The notes below the pieces were generated by a model. That model had not been told where the DNA came from and made no database searches. It worked only from the letters and a program-made list of their open reading frames with translations. Of a DNA stretch of 64,000 bases, positions 12,526-26,838 are shown one piece after another. This DNA comes from Eledone cirrhosa (lineage: Eukaryota). The translations under genes were made by a program, and so were the position numbers. The DNA lies in contig OZ024745.1 of NCBI GenBank assembly GCA_964016885.1, forward strand, positions 79,732,001-79,796,000, read 5' to 3'. The stretch's first letter is position 1. Every line of letters starts with the position of its first letter.

Positions 12526-13710
12526 GAATAAAATTAGTCCTTCATCAGTGATCTTCCAACTTTCATTGGTATTTCATCGTTTTAAAAATCATATACCTCT
12601 GGTTGGTGCGAGCAATAACAAATAAAGTTATTGGGACAAGTAAATTAGGGTGAAACGAGCGAGACATGTACACAAACAACGATGGTATGGCAACGGAAAG
12701 ATAGGAAGAGACAAGCACATGAAATCTGTAAGCTTAAGCTTGGTGAATTCATGGGCGAGAGATACAGACCATCCGACATGGGTGAGATGTGAGCGAGAAA
12801 AGGATTTCACACAGGTCAAACGGGAGGAAGTGAGAGAGGGGGAGAAGCAGAGAGTGAGTGAGTGGAAGTGTGAGGAAGAGACTAGCAGAGAGAGAGTGAC
12901 TGGCAGAGGGGGTAAAAAGAGGAGAGACAGTAAGAAAAAAACAGACAATCGCAGCTGAGGAAAAAATATAAATATGAGAAAAATGGAGCGCTGCGTGGTT
13001 GCACATGGGTTACATATGAATAAAATTAGTCCTTCATCAATGATCTTCCAACTTTCATTGGTATTTCATCGCTTTAAAAATCATATACCTCTAGTTGGTG
13101 CGAGCAATAACAAATAAAGTTATTGGGACAAGTAAATTAGGGTGAAACGAGCGAGACATGTACACAAACAACGATGAACCCATGTGCAACCACGTAGCGC
13201 TCCATTTTTCTCATATTTATATTTTTTCCTCAGCTGCGATTGTCTGTTTCTTTCTTACTCTCTCTCTCCTCTTTTTACCCCCTCTGCCAGTCACACTCTC
13301 TCTCTGCTGGTCTCTTCCTCACACTTCCACTCACTCACTCTCTGCTTCCTCCCCTCTATCATTTCCTCCCGTTTGACCTGTGTGAAATCCTTTTCTCGCT
13401 CACATCTCACCCATGTCGGATGGTCTGTATCTCTCGCCCATGAATTCACCAAACTTAAGCTTACAGATTTCATGTGCTTATCTCTTCCTATCTTTCCGTT
13501 GCCATACCATCGTTGTTTGTGTACATGTCTCGCTCGTTTCACCCTAATTTACTTGTCCCAATAACTTTATTTGTTATTGCTCGCACCAACTAGAGGTATA
13601 TGATTTTTAAAGCGATGAAATACCAATGAAAGTTGGAAGATCACTGATGAAGGACTAATTTTATTCATATGTAACCCATGTGCAACCACGTAGCGCTCCA
13701 TTTTTCTCAT
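12525..13710. mobile_element. Rearranged-hammerhead family, subfamily 2: tandem (492-bp period) on minus joined head-to-head at ~13176 to an inverted copy on plus
   Basis: 12525-12685 repeats at 13017-13175; 13176-13710 is a reverse-complement copy; motifs at 12537-12637 (-), 13029-13129 (-, core mutated to TTGATGA) and 13555-13655 (+). Confidence 0.85.
13555..13655 (+). ncRNA. Putative non-circularly permuted hammerhead ribozyme
   Basis: gtcc caataac..gttattg c tcgc a ccaact aga ggtaTA tgatttt taaa gcga t GAAAtacc aatgaa agttgg aagatca CTGATGA a ggac. Confidence 0.75.
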
Positions 13711-13727
13711 ATATATATATACACACA

Positions 13728-13898
<171 letters not shown>

Positions 13899-13915
13899 AC
13901 ACACACACACAGACG

Positions 13916-13969
<54 letters not shown>

Positions 13970-13994
13970 TATACACATACATACATATATATAT

Positions 13995-14104
13995 ATATTG
14001 TTATACTTTGTGAGGGTCATGTTGCCAATAAGAAACACACGCACCAGTTGCTTTGTGCGTGTGTTTCTTATTGGCAACATGACCCTCCCAAAGTATAACA
14101 ATAT
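13995..14104. repeat. Hairpin with 50-bp arms and 10-nt loop
   Basis: 13995-14044 versus 14055-14104, one mismatch. Confidence 0.92.
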
Positions 14105-14163
14105 CGGTTATTTTTCAACACACGTTTTCAGATAAAGAATCTTGCTAAACATATTCAGAAACG

Positions 14164-15237
<1,074 letters not shown>

Positions 15238-16159
15238 GAAAATTGATAAATAAGCCCATTAAACGAAGAAAATGTCGGCGAAAGTTTGCATGTCCAGCCA
15301 AAGAAATACCTAATAAAAGTAAGTTAATTGAATGAAACAATAAAAGTGTCACCTATAATGGTAAATGTGGAAACAGGCGTAAACTAGGATAAATTGATAG
15401 GAATATTCTTAGTTAGCGTCTTGTGTGATATACCTAACACAACGGCTTGTAAAATAGTGAAAGTAATGTCAAATCGCAAAGTTTAATACATCAATGTAGT
15501 TTATCAACAGCATTGGCATTTTCCATTAAATGCCGCCATTTCGAAAAATATATTTCTAAGTATTTTTTTCTTTTGATTTATTTTATTGATAAACTTACTA
15601 GCTTACGTTCATCATTAAATGTCATGTCAGTTATATTAGTGCGTAAATTTGATTCACTACCAGCTGGGAACATTTGATTGATTTTTAACATTTATTTTTC
15701 CTCCTTGAAGGAAATTCTTTAGTATCATTTAAAGGTAAGATTTCATTATCTTAGTATCCAGTGGTTTTATGTTTTATCAGAATGTAGAATTAATTGAGAA
15801 AAGAATAAATATATATAAACATCAAATACTATCTGGTTCAAAGATTTAAATGAAGTATTCAAACTTATAATTCTTTTGACTGTGTGTGTGCATGTATATA
15901 TAAAAAATAACATTGATCTGCCGTATGTATATCTCACTATGTAGTTTTGGAGACGGGGATAAGATTTGATTATATGAAACTTCAATGATACTGGTTATGA
16001 GCAAAGAATATTTGAGTAATGATGTTTATTAAGTGATGTTTTGTAATTAGGGATCACGGAATGATCCCGTCTCAGCATAGTTGATCATATCTGTGCGATG
16101 AAGGCTGATCTGCGATTTAACAACATTAACCATTAAGCCGTACCTGACTACCCAATTTG

Positions 16160-16236
<77 letters not shown>

Positions 16237-16248
16237 TTAATATCATTG

Positions 16249-16342
<94 letters not shown>

Positions 16343-17015
16343 ATCCATATCTTTTTGTGTTAGGCTACTCTGATCTCGAGTAAGTGAACATCTTCAATTC
16401 CTCCCTAATCTTACCTAACAAATACTCTGTTAAATCTTTCATTACGTCTCCTGCTTTAACCTGATAACGATTCTATCTGAAACTAACTGTATGGCTGATG
16501 TCGCAATCAATGTCACTGTATTCTTTGTATTAGCCTTTTCAAGAAAACACGGACTGGTGCTCAATCTGCTAAACTCTAAATAGATACAGTATAGTAGTTA
16601 CCACAATGAGGGATTGCAAAACGATAACATTGATTTTTAATATAAGCACAGAACTCACTTTTGGAGGAGAGTATAGTAATGGATCCAGTGCTTGACTTGT
16701 ACTTTATTTTATCGACTTTGGACATCGAAAGGATAAAAAGAAACGTCGACCACTGCGCCAACAAATTAACTTAAACACGCACCAAAAGTACAGAGAGAGA
16801 AGGAGAGAGAGAGAGAGGGGGGGGGGCTGTGTGATTAATTAAATAAAACAGGCCAGGTCGTTTGACGAGGTGACACAAATTACGAAACAGGGAAAATAAC
16901 GCTGTAGCAAGGACAAAGTGACCTTTATGGTACAACTGAGATGCAGCCATAATGTATGTATGTATGTATGTATGTATGTATGTATGTATGTATGTATGTA
17001 TGTATGTATGTATGT

Positions 17016-17391
17016 ATTCTAGGAGAAGGAAAACTCTGATATAACACCTGCAACCCTGATGGTATCCAATGATGTTGACTTGTTCTTCTTTTTGGTAAAT
17101 ATCATCTTGGTTAAGAGAGTGGGACTGGCTTTGTGCAGTGCCTTTGCTCACTATAAAAGCTTCACGGCACAGGCATTGCTTTATATCTGGAGATCTCTCT
17201 GCACTTGTCGTCACATGGTACCAAAGACAAAGCACTATGTGTCAATAATTGTCACAAGTGTAGTGTTTGTACCAGAGTTTTCAAGTCGCTGGCTGGACTA
17301 AAAAGTCACACTCGTTCAGCGCATCGGTAGGGGTTCTCCTACATGGATATAAAGTAGTGGCCGTACTCGAAAACGAGTTGGCAGCCACCAT
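17016..17391 (+). mobile_element. Non-coding retroposon ending GCAGCCACCAT, flanked on both sides by (GTAT)n
   Basis: Near-identical to the reverse complement of 32444-32820; begins with ctaggagaaggaaaactctga, which I recall as an RTE-type UTR motif. Confidence 0.7.
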
Positions 17392-17422
17392 GTATGTATG
17401 TATAGATAGATAGATAGATATA

Positions 17423-20400
17423 TTTCTTTATTTGCCACTAGGGCACAAGAGAAAGGAACAAATACACAGGGGGGAGTTTACATAAATGCGAGTAAAGAAA
17501 AAGGCATAACAATAAGAATAATATAATAATAAAAAGTCCTCAAAAGGGAGGGGGGCGTGTTGGGGATTGCACATACCCCCGAAAAGTGTGCAACTCTTTT
17601 CGCGGGGGAAGCCCAGAGAGAAGGCGCTCCCCATTTCCTCTTCACTTCTTCACCTACAGAACAATGTAGAGAGAAGGCCCATTTACACGAGCCATTCTCG
17701 CTTCTTTCACCCACCTTTCATAAAACTGTCTGGGGCCAAGCACTTCTCTCTCCATCCTGATCCTTCTTCCGAAGTGGTATCGGAAGAAGTAAACCAGGTG
17801 TTGGCCGGAGAGAAAGTCACCCGACCTCAGACCTTTCAGGCGCGTCCACCACACAAACTCTTTCATCATGGCTATTACGCACAGAAAGACCGCCTCTGCT
17901 TCATTTCTGAAGGGAGGAGGCGGCTTGATGTTCACCACAGACTCGGCGGTCAATCGAATCGGCGCCACACGCGACAGCAGTCGTTCGACGTAGCCCCACA
18001 GATCGGCAACGCCCGGGCAGTGTACCAGTGCATGCGCAGCGGTTTCCTCGTCGCGCACGCATCTGGGACAGATCTTTTTCGCGGGATCCCTGCCCGGGCG
18101 CCCGTGTCTGTAGAGCTTTTCTCGAACGGGCAGAGCCCCCCGGTAGCACTGTCAGGCTAGGGACCTCTGGAAGTTGTACATGGGTCCCGGGCCGAAAGTT
18201 CTACCGAACAGGCTGACCAGTTCGTCCTCCTCCATGCCTAGCGACTCTCCAAGGGTGTCGTCGCCCCTGCTAGCCACCAGCCCTCTATAGAATGTCGAGG
18301 TGGATTCTCCACTGATAGTCGGGTCCGCTTGCCAGAGAACTGTGAGCGCCTGGGCACACTCGGTGTGCCAGTTGCCCAGTTTTCTCGGTCTTTGCTTCAC
18401 CCAGGATTGCAGCTCGGTGAGCGAGACGAGCTGTGGGAAGGCTCGCCTCACAAACGGGGCCCACACCGGCTGACCGGTGAGGAATACCTGTAGATGCCGT
18501 AGCCTCAATGCGTGCCTACGCATCAACAGCCACGGCATACCCAGCCCTCCTTTCGAAGGGTGCTGGCAGCAGATGGATCTCCTCACCATGGGAGGCCGCT
18601 TCTTCCAGAGGAACTGGAAGAGCATGCGCTCCATGATGGTGAGCGTTTCCTTAGGGCAAGGCACGACGGTCAGGCGGTAGTAGATGACGGACGCTATGTA
18701 AGCGTTCGCCACCTCCGCCCGACCTTTCAGTGATAGTTTGCACTTGGCCCACTTCTGGGTCAGCGCAAACACCCTGCTCGTCACCTCGCCCCAATTCTTC
18801 TCCACCTGGAGGTCCGGTCCGAACCAGACCCCGAGCAGCTTCACCGGGCCCTCCGTCCACCGCCCGACGACACCGTCTAACGGCATCGGTTTGCCCCTCC
18901 ACGTTCCGAGTTGCAAACCGACTGACTTGTCCCGGTCAGTCTTTCGTATTCCTCCAGTAGGGTGGCGATCGCCCCGATTTCCGAGGCGTCCGCCACCATT
19001 ACTGTTACGTCGTCGGCATAGGCCGAGACCGCTTTGTGCAATCAAGGTTCCAGGGGTATGCCCCGCAGCAACTCCAACTTCCGCAGCAGTGGATCGAGAG
19101 CCAATACGTACAGAATGGAGAAGAGGGGGCACCCCTGCCTGATGGACCGGGTGATTTGAAACGGCTCCGAGAGGTAGCCGTTTACTTTAACCCTAGAGCA
19201 GACGTTGCCACTGTGCATGGCAGAAATCCAGCCCTATGAAAACGGGTCCGAAGCCCGCCGCCGCTAGCACCGCATCCAGGTAACCATGGTCGACCCTATC
19301 GAACGCCTTAGATTGATCCAAGTTGATCAGGGCCCCACCAAAGCCGGGTTCGTTCCCAACCCTCTCTACGATGTATCGCATGAGGTGGAGGTTGTCGTGA
19401 ATGGACCTGGACGGGATAGCGCATGTCTGCGCGTCTCCCACCAAGCCACCCACCACAAGCGCCAACCTCTTACGCTAACACCTTGGCCAAAATCTGTACC
19501 TCTGCATTCAGCAGAGTTATGGGCCTAAAGTTATTTAAGTCGTCCCCCTTGCTCTCGTCCTTCCTCACTAGCGTGACCACGCCCTTGGTCACAGAACAGG
19601 GAATTCTCCCGTTCTGTTGCCAGTTGCAATAGACAGCCTCGAGGAGTTCGGAGAACAAGACCGGCATAGCTAAATAAAGTTCGTATGGTAGACCATCGAG
19701 ACCCGGAGATTTGCGTCTGCTGCATTGGCTGAGCGCTTCCCCGATTTCAGTGGCTGTGATTGGCCTTTCGCAGCACTCGGCTTCGCCGCTCGAAAGACGC
19801 GGTAGACCGTCGAGGTATGGACCGAAGTCCACATCCCCGTCCGGCCCCCCGCCCCCTCCGAACAGTCGAGCAAAGTGCCTTTGAAAGGCCTCGCACATCC
19901 GCTCAGGTTCAAGGATCACCCGTCCATCCTGGTCTCGCAAAGACCGAATGGTGGATTTAATCCCACTCTTGGCTTCTGTCACGCGGGCCCAGCTAACAGC
20001 TTTGGTCCCCTCGTTTCCTAAAGCACGTATTTTACTTCGGACAACGCAGCCTTCGTGCTTCGCGTCAAAGAACTCCATTTTTTCAAAATCTTCACTTATA
20101 TTTTCATTATCCGAGAGACTTGTAGTCACAGCTACTACTTCTCTTTCACCTTTGCTGGTGGGCGTGGCGCCGTGAAAAGTCGAAACGTCAACCATTAATT
20201 TTGGCAATTTCTCCGAGTAAATTTTTTTCACATTTTTTTCATTAGGGTTAGGTTCCATTTTTTCAATGTTTCTAATAATCATTATTCTTTCAGTAGGGAG
20301 GCTTGTTGCCTCCGCTACCCGCTCTCCTTCAGTTTGTTTAGTGGGCGTGTCATCGTTACCTGTGGTAATGGCTTCCATTACCACTAGCGTAGAGACAATT

Positions 20401-20585
20401 GCAAGATTTTTAGGATGAAAAATTTCACCCCAAAAGGGGTGAAATAAATTAACCCTAATGTCCGAAGACCCAGGCAAGGGGGTTAATTAACACAATAACG
20501 CAAGAATACAGACAAACACTTACTGTTAACATGTAATATCTCCAATATTCGCGGAGCCGATGTGAAGCACGTCTATGCCATCCGG
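17423..20585 (-). mobile_element. Tx1-type retrotransposon (copy B), internally deleted, (GATA)n on both flanks
   Basis: 5' UTR and ORF1 start joined to FFDAKHEGC of ORF2; RT and zinc-finger remnants at 17654-20075; conserved 3' UTR. Confidence 0.92.
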
Positions 20586-20599
20586 AGATAGATAGATAG

Positions 20600-21035
20600 G
20601 CAGACAGATGGACAGACAGCTAGACAGACGGTCGGATGGGTGGGTGGGCGGGTGGATGGAGGGATGGATGGATGGGTGGGTGGGTGGATGGAGGGATGGG
20701 TGGGTGGGTGGGTGGATGGAGGGATGGATGGATGGGTGGGTGGGTGGATGGAGGGATGGATGGGTGGGTGGGTGGAGGGATGGGTGGGTGGGTGGGTGGA
20801 TGGAGGGATGGATGGATGGGTGGGTGGGTGGATGGAGGGATGGATGGGTGGGTGGATGGGTGGGTGGGTGGATTGATTGATGGAGAGATGGATGGGTGGA
20901 TGGAGGGATGGATGGGCGGATTGCATTGATGACTAGATGTATGTATGTATGTATGTATGTATGTATGTATGTATGTATGTATGTATGTATGTATGTATGT
21001 ATGTATGTATGTATGTATGTATGGATGGATGGATG
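20600..21035. repeat. (GGAT/GGGT)n then (GTAT)n compound microsatellite
   Basis: Direct inspection. Confidence 0.95.
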
Positions 21036-21388
21036 TAATTTTAAGATAATATATGAAGATCTAAAAGAGAGATATATTCTGTCTTAACATTGCAAGCATC
21101 AGTTGGGGAGACAAATGAGAAAAAGAAATGAAGTTGTGTCACTCGGAAAATAAAAACAACATTGTCTTCTGGTCCGACTCCTATAAATATTCACCTTTAT
21201 ATAAAAGTATATTTTAAATGAATCCTTTTAGTACTTGTCGTCCATTTTAGAAGAGATAAGGAATAGAGCTCGAAGGTGGACAGGTAGTTATAGCTGGTGT
21301 TGGTGTTGATGTTACGCATGTGCTGGGGGCCCTCTTCTTTCCCAAATCTGTAATGTAGTATACTGCACTATAAGTCGTATATTATTAT

Positions 21389-21796
21389 GAGGATTGTCAG
21401 AATCGGTAGAGCGTCAGACACCATGCTTTGCAAACATAGAGTTATGGCCCTTTACTTTCTGAGTTCAAATCCCGCCGAGGTTTACTTTGCCTTACATCCT
21501 TACGGGGTCGATAAAATAAAGTACCAGTAACCTACTGGGGTAATTGCTGGCTTTGTGCCAAAAGTAGAAACACTTATTATGTAGAATTGGCAGAATCGGT
21601 AGAGCGTCGGTCAAAATGCTTTGCAGTATTTAGTTATGGCCCTTTACGTTCTGAGTTCAAATCCCGCCGAGGTTTACTTTGCCTTACATCCTTACGGGGT
21701 CGATACAATAAAGTACCAGTAACGCACTGAGGTCGATTTAGTCGATTTTCCCCATTCCTTCAATTTGCTGGCCTTGTACCAAATGTAGAAACAATA
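21389..21796 (+). mobile_element. Two tandem tRNA-derived SINEs, same family as 6613-7022
   Basis: ggcagaatcggtagagcg...gagttcaaatcccgccgagg...ggggtcgata.aataaagtaccagt. Confidence 0.85.
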
Positions 21797-23285
21797 TTTA
21801 TAAATCAGAAATGGTTGAATGTATTTTGTAAAATTAATCTTCTGAGCAATTCTCAAGAAATGAAATAATAATTTCTCACATTTTTCATGTGAAATATTTC
21901 TTACATCAACTTACTACAGATTCTTGATAGGGGATGTACAAACGCCATAGTACTGTCCCTTATCATTTGAGTAATCTATACAAAAAAATAATTACAAAAA
22001 TGAAATGGGATTCTTATTTCTATCTGAATCGATTAAAATATAAGAGGGTTCCTTCTATATTGATCTCATAAGGCTTACTCATTCTCTGAATAGTAACACC
22101 TGACGAGACTTTTCAAACAACAAAACCAATGACAACAGTATCATTAAAATCGATCTAGTCGACACCAACAACAGCCCCAACAACAATAAGATCTCGATAT
22201 ACATGAACGAAGCGATAAGTCGTTATCAATTATCAAAATCTAGTTTCCCTACTTGAAAGGCAGGCATCAAAATCCGGCTTTGTATAGTTTATTTATAACC
22301 ACAACATGGGAAGCTCGGAGAAAAAGGATATTTTAATTGCTATTGGTCACTAGAAATAACTGGTAAATAAATATCAGTTCCGTATTATTGCTAGTTCTAT
22401 TTCCTGGGAGAATGGAAAGAAATTGGCTGCCGAAAACAAAGATAGAAAGCAGCGTGGTCTAATTTATATGAATTAACCCTATTTATTCCATTATCTTTGA
22501 ATATGACATGACAAAATGAATGTATAACAAACATATCTGTTAAACGATGTTATCAAATACCACTAGCTATTAACAAACACTCGATTGTTTTCTGATTGAT
22601 GGTGAGTCAGACTTCTGTTTCATAAACGCCAATAAATCACTCAAATACTAAAAGAGCTTACAAGTAAATAAGATTTATAATAGATAATAAGGTTTCTCGC
22701 CGTTTAACAAATATCAAAAACATATCGCTAAGCTTGACTTCAAAATCGTACTCTAGATTAAATTGATAACGTGTGTTCGATTATCTTCCAATTGTAGAAC
22801 TGTTGATAATAATGACAGCTCTTAATTAAATATTCTCATTACGAATTTATTACCGCTTTTCTTGCTCCCCACTTTCTCTTTCTGTCCGTAAATCAATCTG
22901 TATCTATCTTTTCATCAATCTACCTGTCGATAACTTCATCTACACTTGCGGCTTACACCTTTTTTTACTAATATTTAATGATTAGCTGGATAGATATATT
23001 GGTGTTACATTAGCTTACATTTCCTTTGTATTATCACAATAGCAACTAGCGCTTTCTCATTTTAAACACAAAACACACATCATAGATGTTCATGTCTCAT
23101 CTAATATATTTTAGAGATGTTGAAATGATATGTGATACATTTCTTCTTTTCCCAATGTAGGTGAAATGAAATTTATCTAAACAATCTCGACTCACTATTA
23201 TAATCTGCTAAGAATAACAACTAAATTTCCGCCAAATTACATGATACCGTCTTAAAAAAGAATGACACACTGGAAAATGTAATTA

Positions 23286-23448
23286 TAGGGTTAGGTTAGG
23301 GTTAAGATTTGGAGTTTATGGGTTAGTGTTAGAGTTAGGGTTAAGATTTGGAGTTTTAGGGTTAGTGTTAGAGTTAGGGTTAAGATTTAGGGGGGTTAGG
23401 GTTAGAGTAAGGGTTGGGGTTTATGGTTAGAGTTAGTGTTAGGCTTAG
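23286..23448 (+). repeat. Degenerate interstitial TTAGGG-like repeat
   Basis: agggttaggttagggttaag...ttagtgttagagttagggtt. Confidence 0.8.
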
Positions 23449-24150
23449 AATAGATAGATTGGAATGCTTTTCATCATAGTTCTTTCAAGTCAGGGCTGAC
23501 CTTGGGCTAGTGTTATGAAAGAAATAGGTCATTTGATTGCCTGGTGTATCCTGTTATAATACTTTTCTTTATTGTTGTTGTTTTTTGTGTGTGTTCATTT
23601 CAACATCATAATTGTGTTATAGTTCGCTACTATGTACGATCTTGTTAAAACTAAAATACAAGACAATCAGATAAACATATGTGTATGTATGTGTGAGTAC
23701 ACATGAATATATGAATGTGAATGTAGGTGTATATGTGTGTGGGAGTGTGGATATATGTGTGGGGGATTATGGGTGTGCATATTTGTGTGAGTACGAGTGT
23801 ATATATGTGTGGGGGAACACGTGTGTATATTTATGCACAACGCAGTATGCACCAGTAGATCAAAAATAAAGTGAATGTACATATATCTTCAGTTTTAATA
23901 CATCTCGATGTGAAAATATACAAACGTGAGCACACTTTTCTTATTCCATGCTAGTTGTTCTTTCATCAGAAGACAAATAACTTTACACGGTATTGTAAAG
24001 TTGGTACCATTACCACCCTGTAAGTGAATGGTACTGATGAGAGGCTTATTCAACACTAGTTGGATTTGAACGCAGAATATGGCACTAAGTCATATACAGG
24101 AACTTATTTATTAACCCCACTGTCATAAGCAATATTACTGACTGTATAAA

Positions 24151-24303
24151 TCCCCCATGAGCAAACTGCGGCCCACGAATTGCATGCGGCCCAGGAGTTG
24201 CATGCGGCCCGTTTTGCTTTCTGAATGGCATGTGTAATTTCAAAATTGCCTTGAATTCTTTAGTAGTGCGGCCCGCTGCGCGAAAAAGGTTGCCCATGCG
24301 TTG
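24151..24303. mobile_element. hAT (Charlie/Buster-like) MITE
   Basis: Ends catgagcaaa / ttgcccatg, internal tgcggccc repeats, gtataaa on both flanks. Confidence 0.65.
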
Positions 24304-24605
24304 TATAAACGTCTATGTTGCCGGTGCAGTAGTGTTGGTGCAGTAGCATTCTTTATTAAGGACAGAATTCAAAAATTAATAAATAAATGAGTATAAACAT
24401 ATTTATGAAATTTATTTAATAACCTTTCTGGGAATTTTCAAAGAAATACATTTCATTAGCATGTTTTTGAGGAAGTGATCAAAATATAAATTTTGAATAC
24501 AACAAATTATATTCTCTTTGAAGGAAGACATTCGACATCGAAGACTGCAAATCCAAAATAATTTTTGTAACATTCAGAGTTTCAAGGATGAAGAGTAATC
24601 ATGCT

Positions 24606-24722
<117 letters not shown>

Positions 24723-25047
24723 CTGTGTGTGCGTGTGTGTGTGCGCGCGATGTGTGTGTATGTGTGTGTATGTATGTATGTATGTATATATAGTTTATAT
24801 CAAAGTTTATACACTTAACATCCATAACTGGACCCCGAAACCTAAGATCGAGCATACATGTTTAGTGTATGAACTAAATAAGCTTCATTGTACTAGATTA
24901 AGCATTTTTTTCCTTGGCCTTTTATCTATGGATATCCCGCACACACACACACAAACACACACACACATGTGCATATGTATAGATATATTTATATACATAC
25001 CCTAGGTAGCATGGAAAGTGGACGTTAAATCAATCATAATGATTATA

Positions 25048-25083
<36 letters not shown>

Positions 25084-25590
25084 TGTGTGTGTGTGTGTGG
25101 GGGGGGGTATGTGTGTGTGCGTGCATGTATGTCTATATGATTATTATTATTATATCGTTGCTGTTGCTGTTGTTGTTGTTGTTGTTGTTGTTTGTGGTGG
25201 TGGTGGTGGTGGTGGTGTAAGATACAGTTATAGATTTATTAAAAAATTTAACTTTAAAAACTTCGATAGCGAGCGACGAAAATGCCTCTCATTAAATACA
25301 ATTCATTTATATCACTGGCGGTTATTTACATTTTAAACTCTAGTATCTGTAGCAATTAACCTATCGGCAAAATGATAATTATATATATACTAGCAGAAAA
25401 CCAGGTGGTTTTCTTCATGTGAATGTAATATGTGTAGGAGCATTTGTTGGGAGGTGACCACAACTAAAAGAGGTAGAGAATATGCATCTTTATTTTATTT
25501 CATATACATATATGTATATATTTTATTTTATATACATATATGTATATATATATATATCTAGGGAGTGTAACTTGCTTATAACATTTTAAA

Positions 25591-25656
25591 GGGTCCGTCG
25601 AGCTGCCGATTATAGATCGAACCTTGAGCTGATCAGTGGCGAAACGCGCGTCACCT
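25591..25656 (+). ncRNA. Decayed hammerhead motif (Penelope-type)
   Basis: gggt-CCGTCGA (core mutated)-gctgccgatt..gatcagtggc-GAAA-cgcgcg-TC-acct, then aataaa; another partial motif ggac tagc gtcc GAAA at 25915-25945 on minus. Confidence 0.55.
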
Positions 25657-25754
25657 ACCAATAAATGTAATGAAGGAGTAACCAATGGTCTTTGTTATCC
25701 TTTCAAGAGAGAGAGAGAGAGAGAGAGGGAGTGAGAGAGAGAGAGAGAGAGAGA

Positions 25755-25796
<42 letters not shown>

Positions 25797-25986
25797 GAGA
25801 GAGAGAGAAATATATATATATGTATGTATGCAAAAGGTAAACAGAAATAACAACACAATCTGGACAGTATATGGAAGGAATATATTAGTTTAACGCTTGA
25901 AATAGCAGAAAGAGGGTCTTAACATTTCGGACGCTAGTCCTTCACGAATACACACACACACACACACACACATATGTAAGTATATA

Positions 25987-26838
25987 CGAGGTGGGTCAGA
26001 AAAGTTCGAGGACTGATGTCACAAAAGATTTATTTCAAACCCAAAATCCACACTAAGAGTTTTCTCCTTCAAAGTAATCCCCCTGGAGTTTAATGCACTT
26101 TTCCATCCTTTTCTGCCACGCTTGCATGCACTCCAGGAAGGATTCTTCCGGGATCCTCCGCAGTTCCGTCGCCACGGCCTTTTTGATGTCGTCCACCTCT
26201 TCAAAACGGGTTCCCTCCGGGTCGTACTCGAAGATCCATGACTCATCACTGGTGATGACTGTCCCTAGCAAGTCTGGTTCGGTTTCAAGACGCTCGAGAA
26301 TGTCCTGGCACACTTGCATGCGTCGACCCTTCTGGTCATCGTTCAGCAGTTTTGACACCATCTTCGCGCAGACTTTTCGCATGTCCAAATCTTCAGTGAG
26401 AATCTTCCAGACGCTGCCCCGACGATCACTACGCACAATCTTCCTGACGCGCTCAACGTTGACCTCAGTCCTGGTTGTTGAGGGCCTTCCGCTCCTGGGG
26501 TCATCTTCCACATCCTCGCGTTCTTCTTTAAACCTCTTGCACCACCCAAAACACGTGAGCGTGACATCGTCTCATCTTATTACACTTGCTGCAGCAATCC
26601 CAGTGCTTCTGACGGAGTTTTCAAGTTTGTTCGTTGTTCTGTGCTCATTGTTTGACGACCTGAAACAGAGGACATGTATATAAAATTATGAAGAAAAAAG
26701 ATTGATCGCTGCAGAGAGCTAAGATTACAATTACATACTCCAGGGGGATTACTTTGAAGGAGAAAGCTCTTAGTGTGAAGTTTCAGTTTGAAATAAATCT
26801 TTTGTGACATCAGTCCTGGAACTTTTCTGACACACCTC

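Noticed and set aside
20573-20929. Gly/Trp-rich and Pro/His-rich ORFs
   Set aside because: Translations of the (GGAT/GGGT)n tract.
23286-23448. True telomere or fusion site
   Set aside because: Short, degenerate, single orientation and interstitial.
22098-24045. Isolated CTGACGA (~22100) and CTGATGA (~24034) as hammerheads
   Set aside because: No matching stem II/GAAA/UH arrangement nearby.
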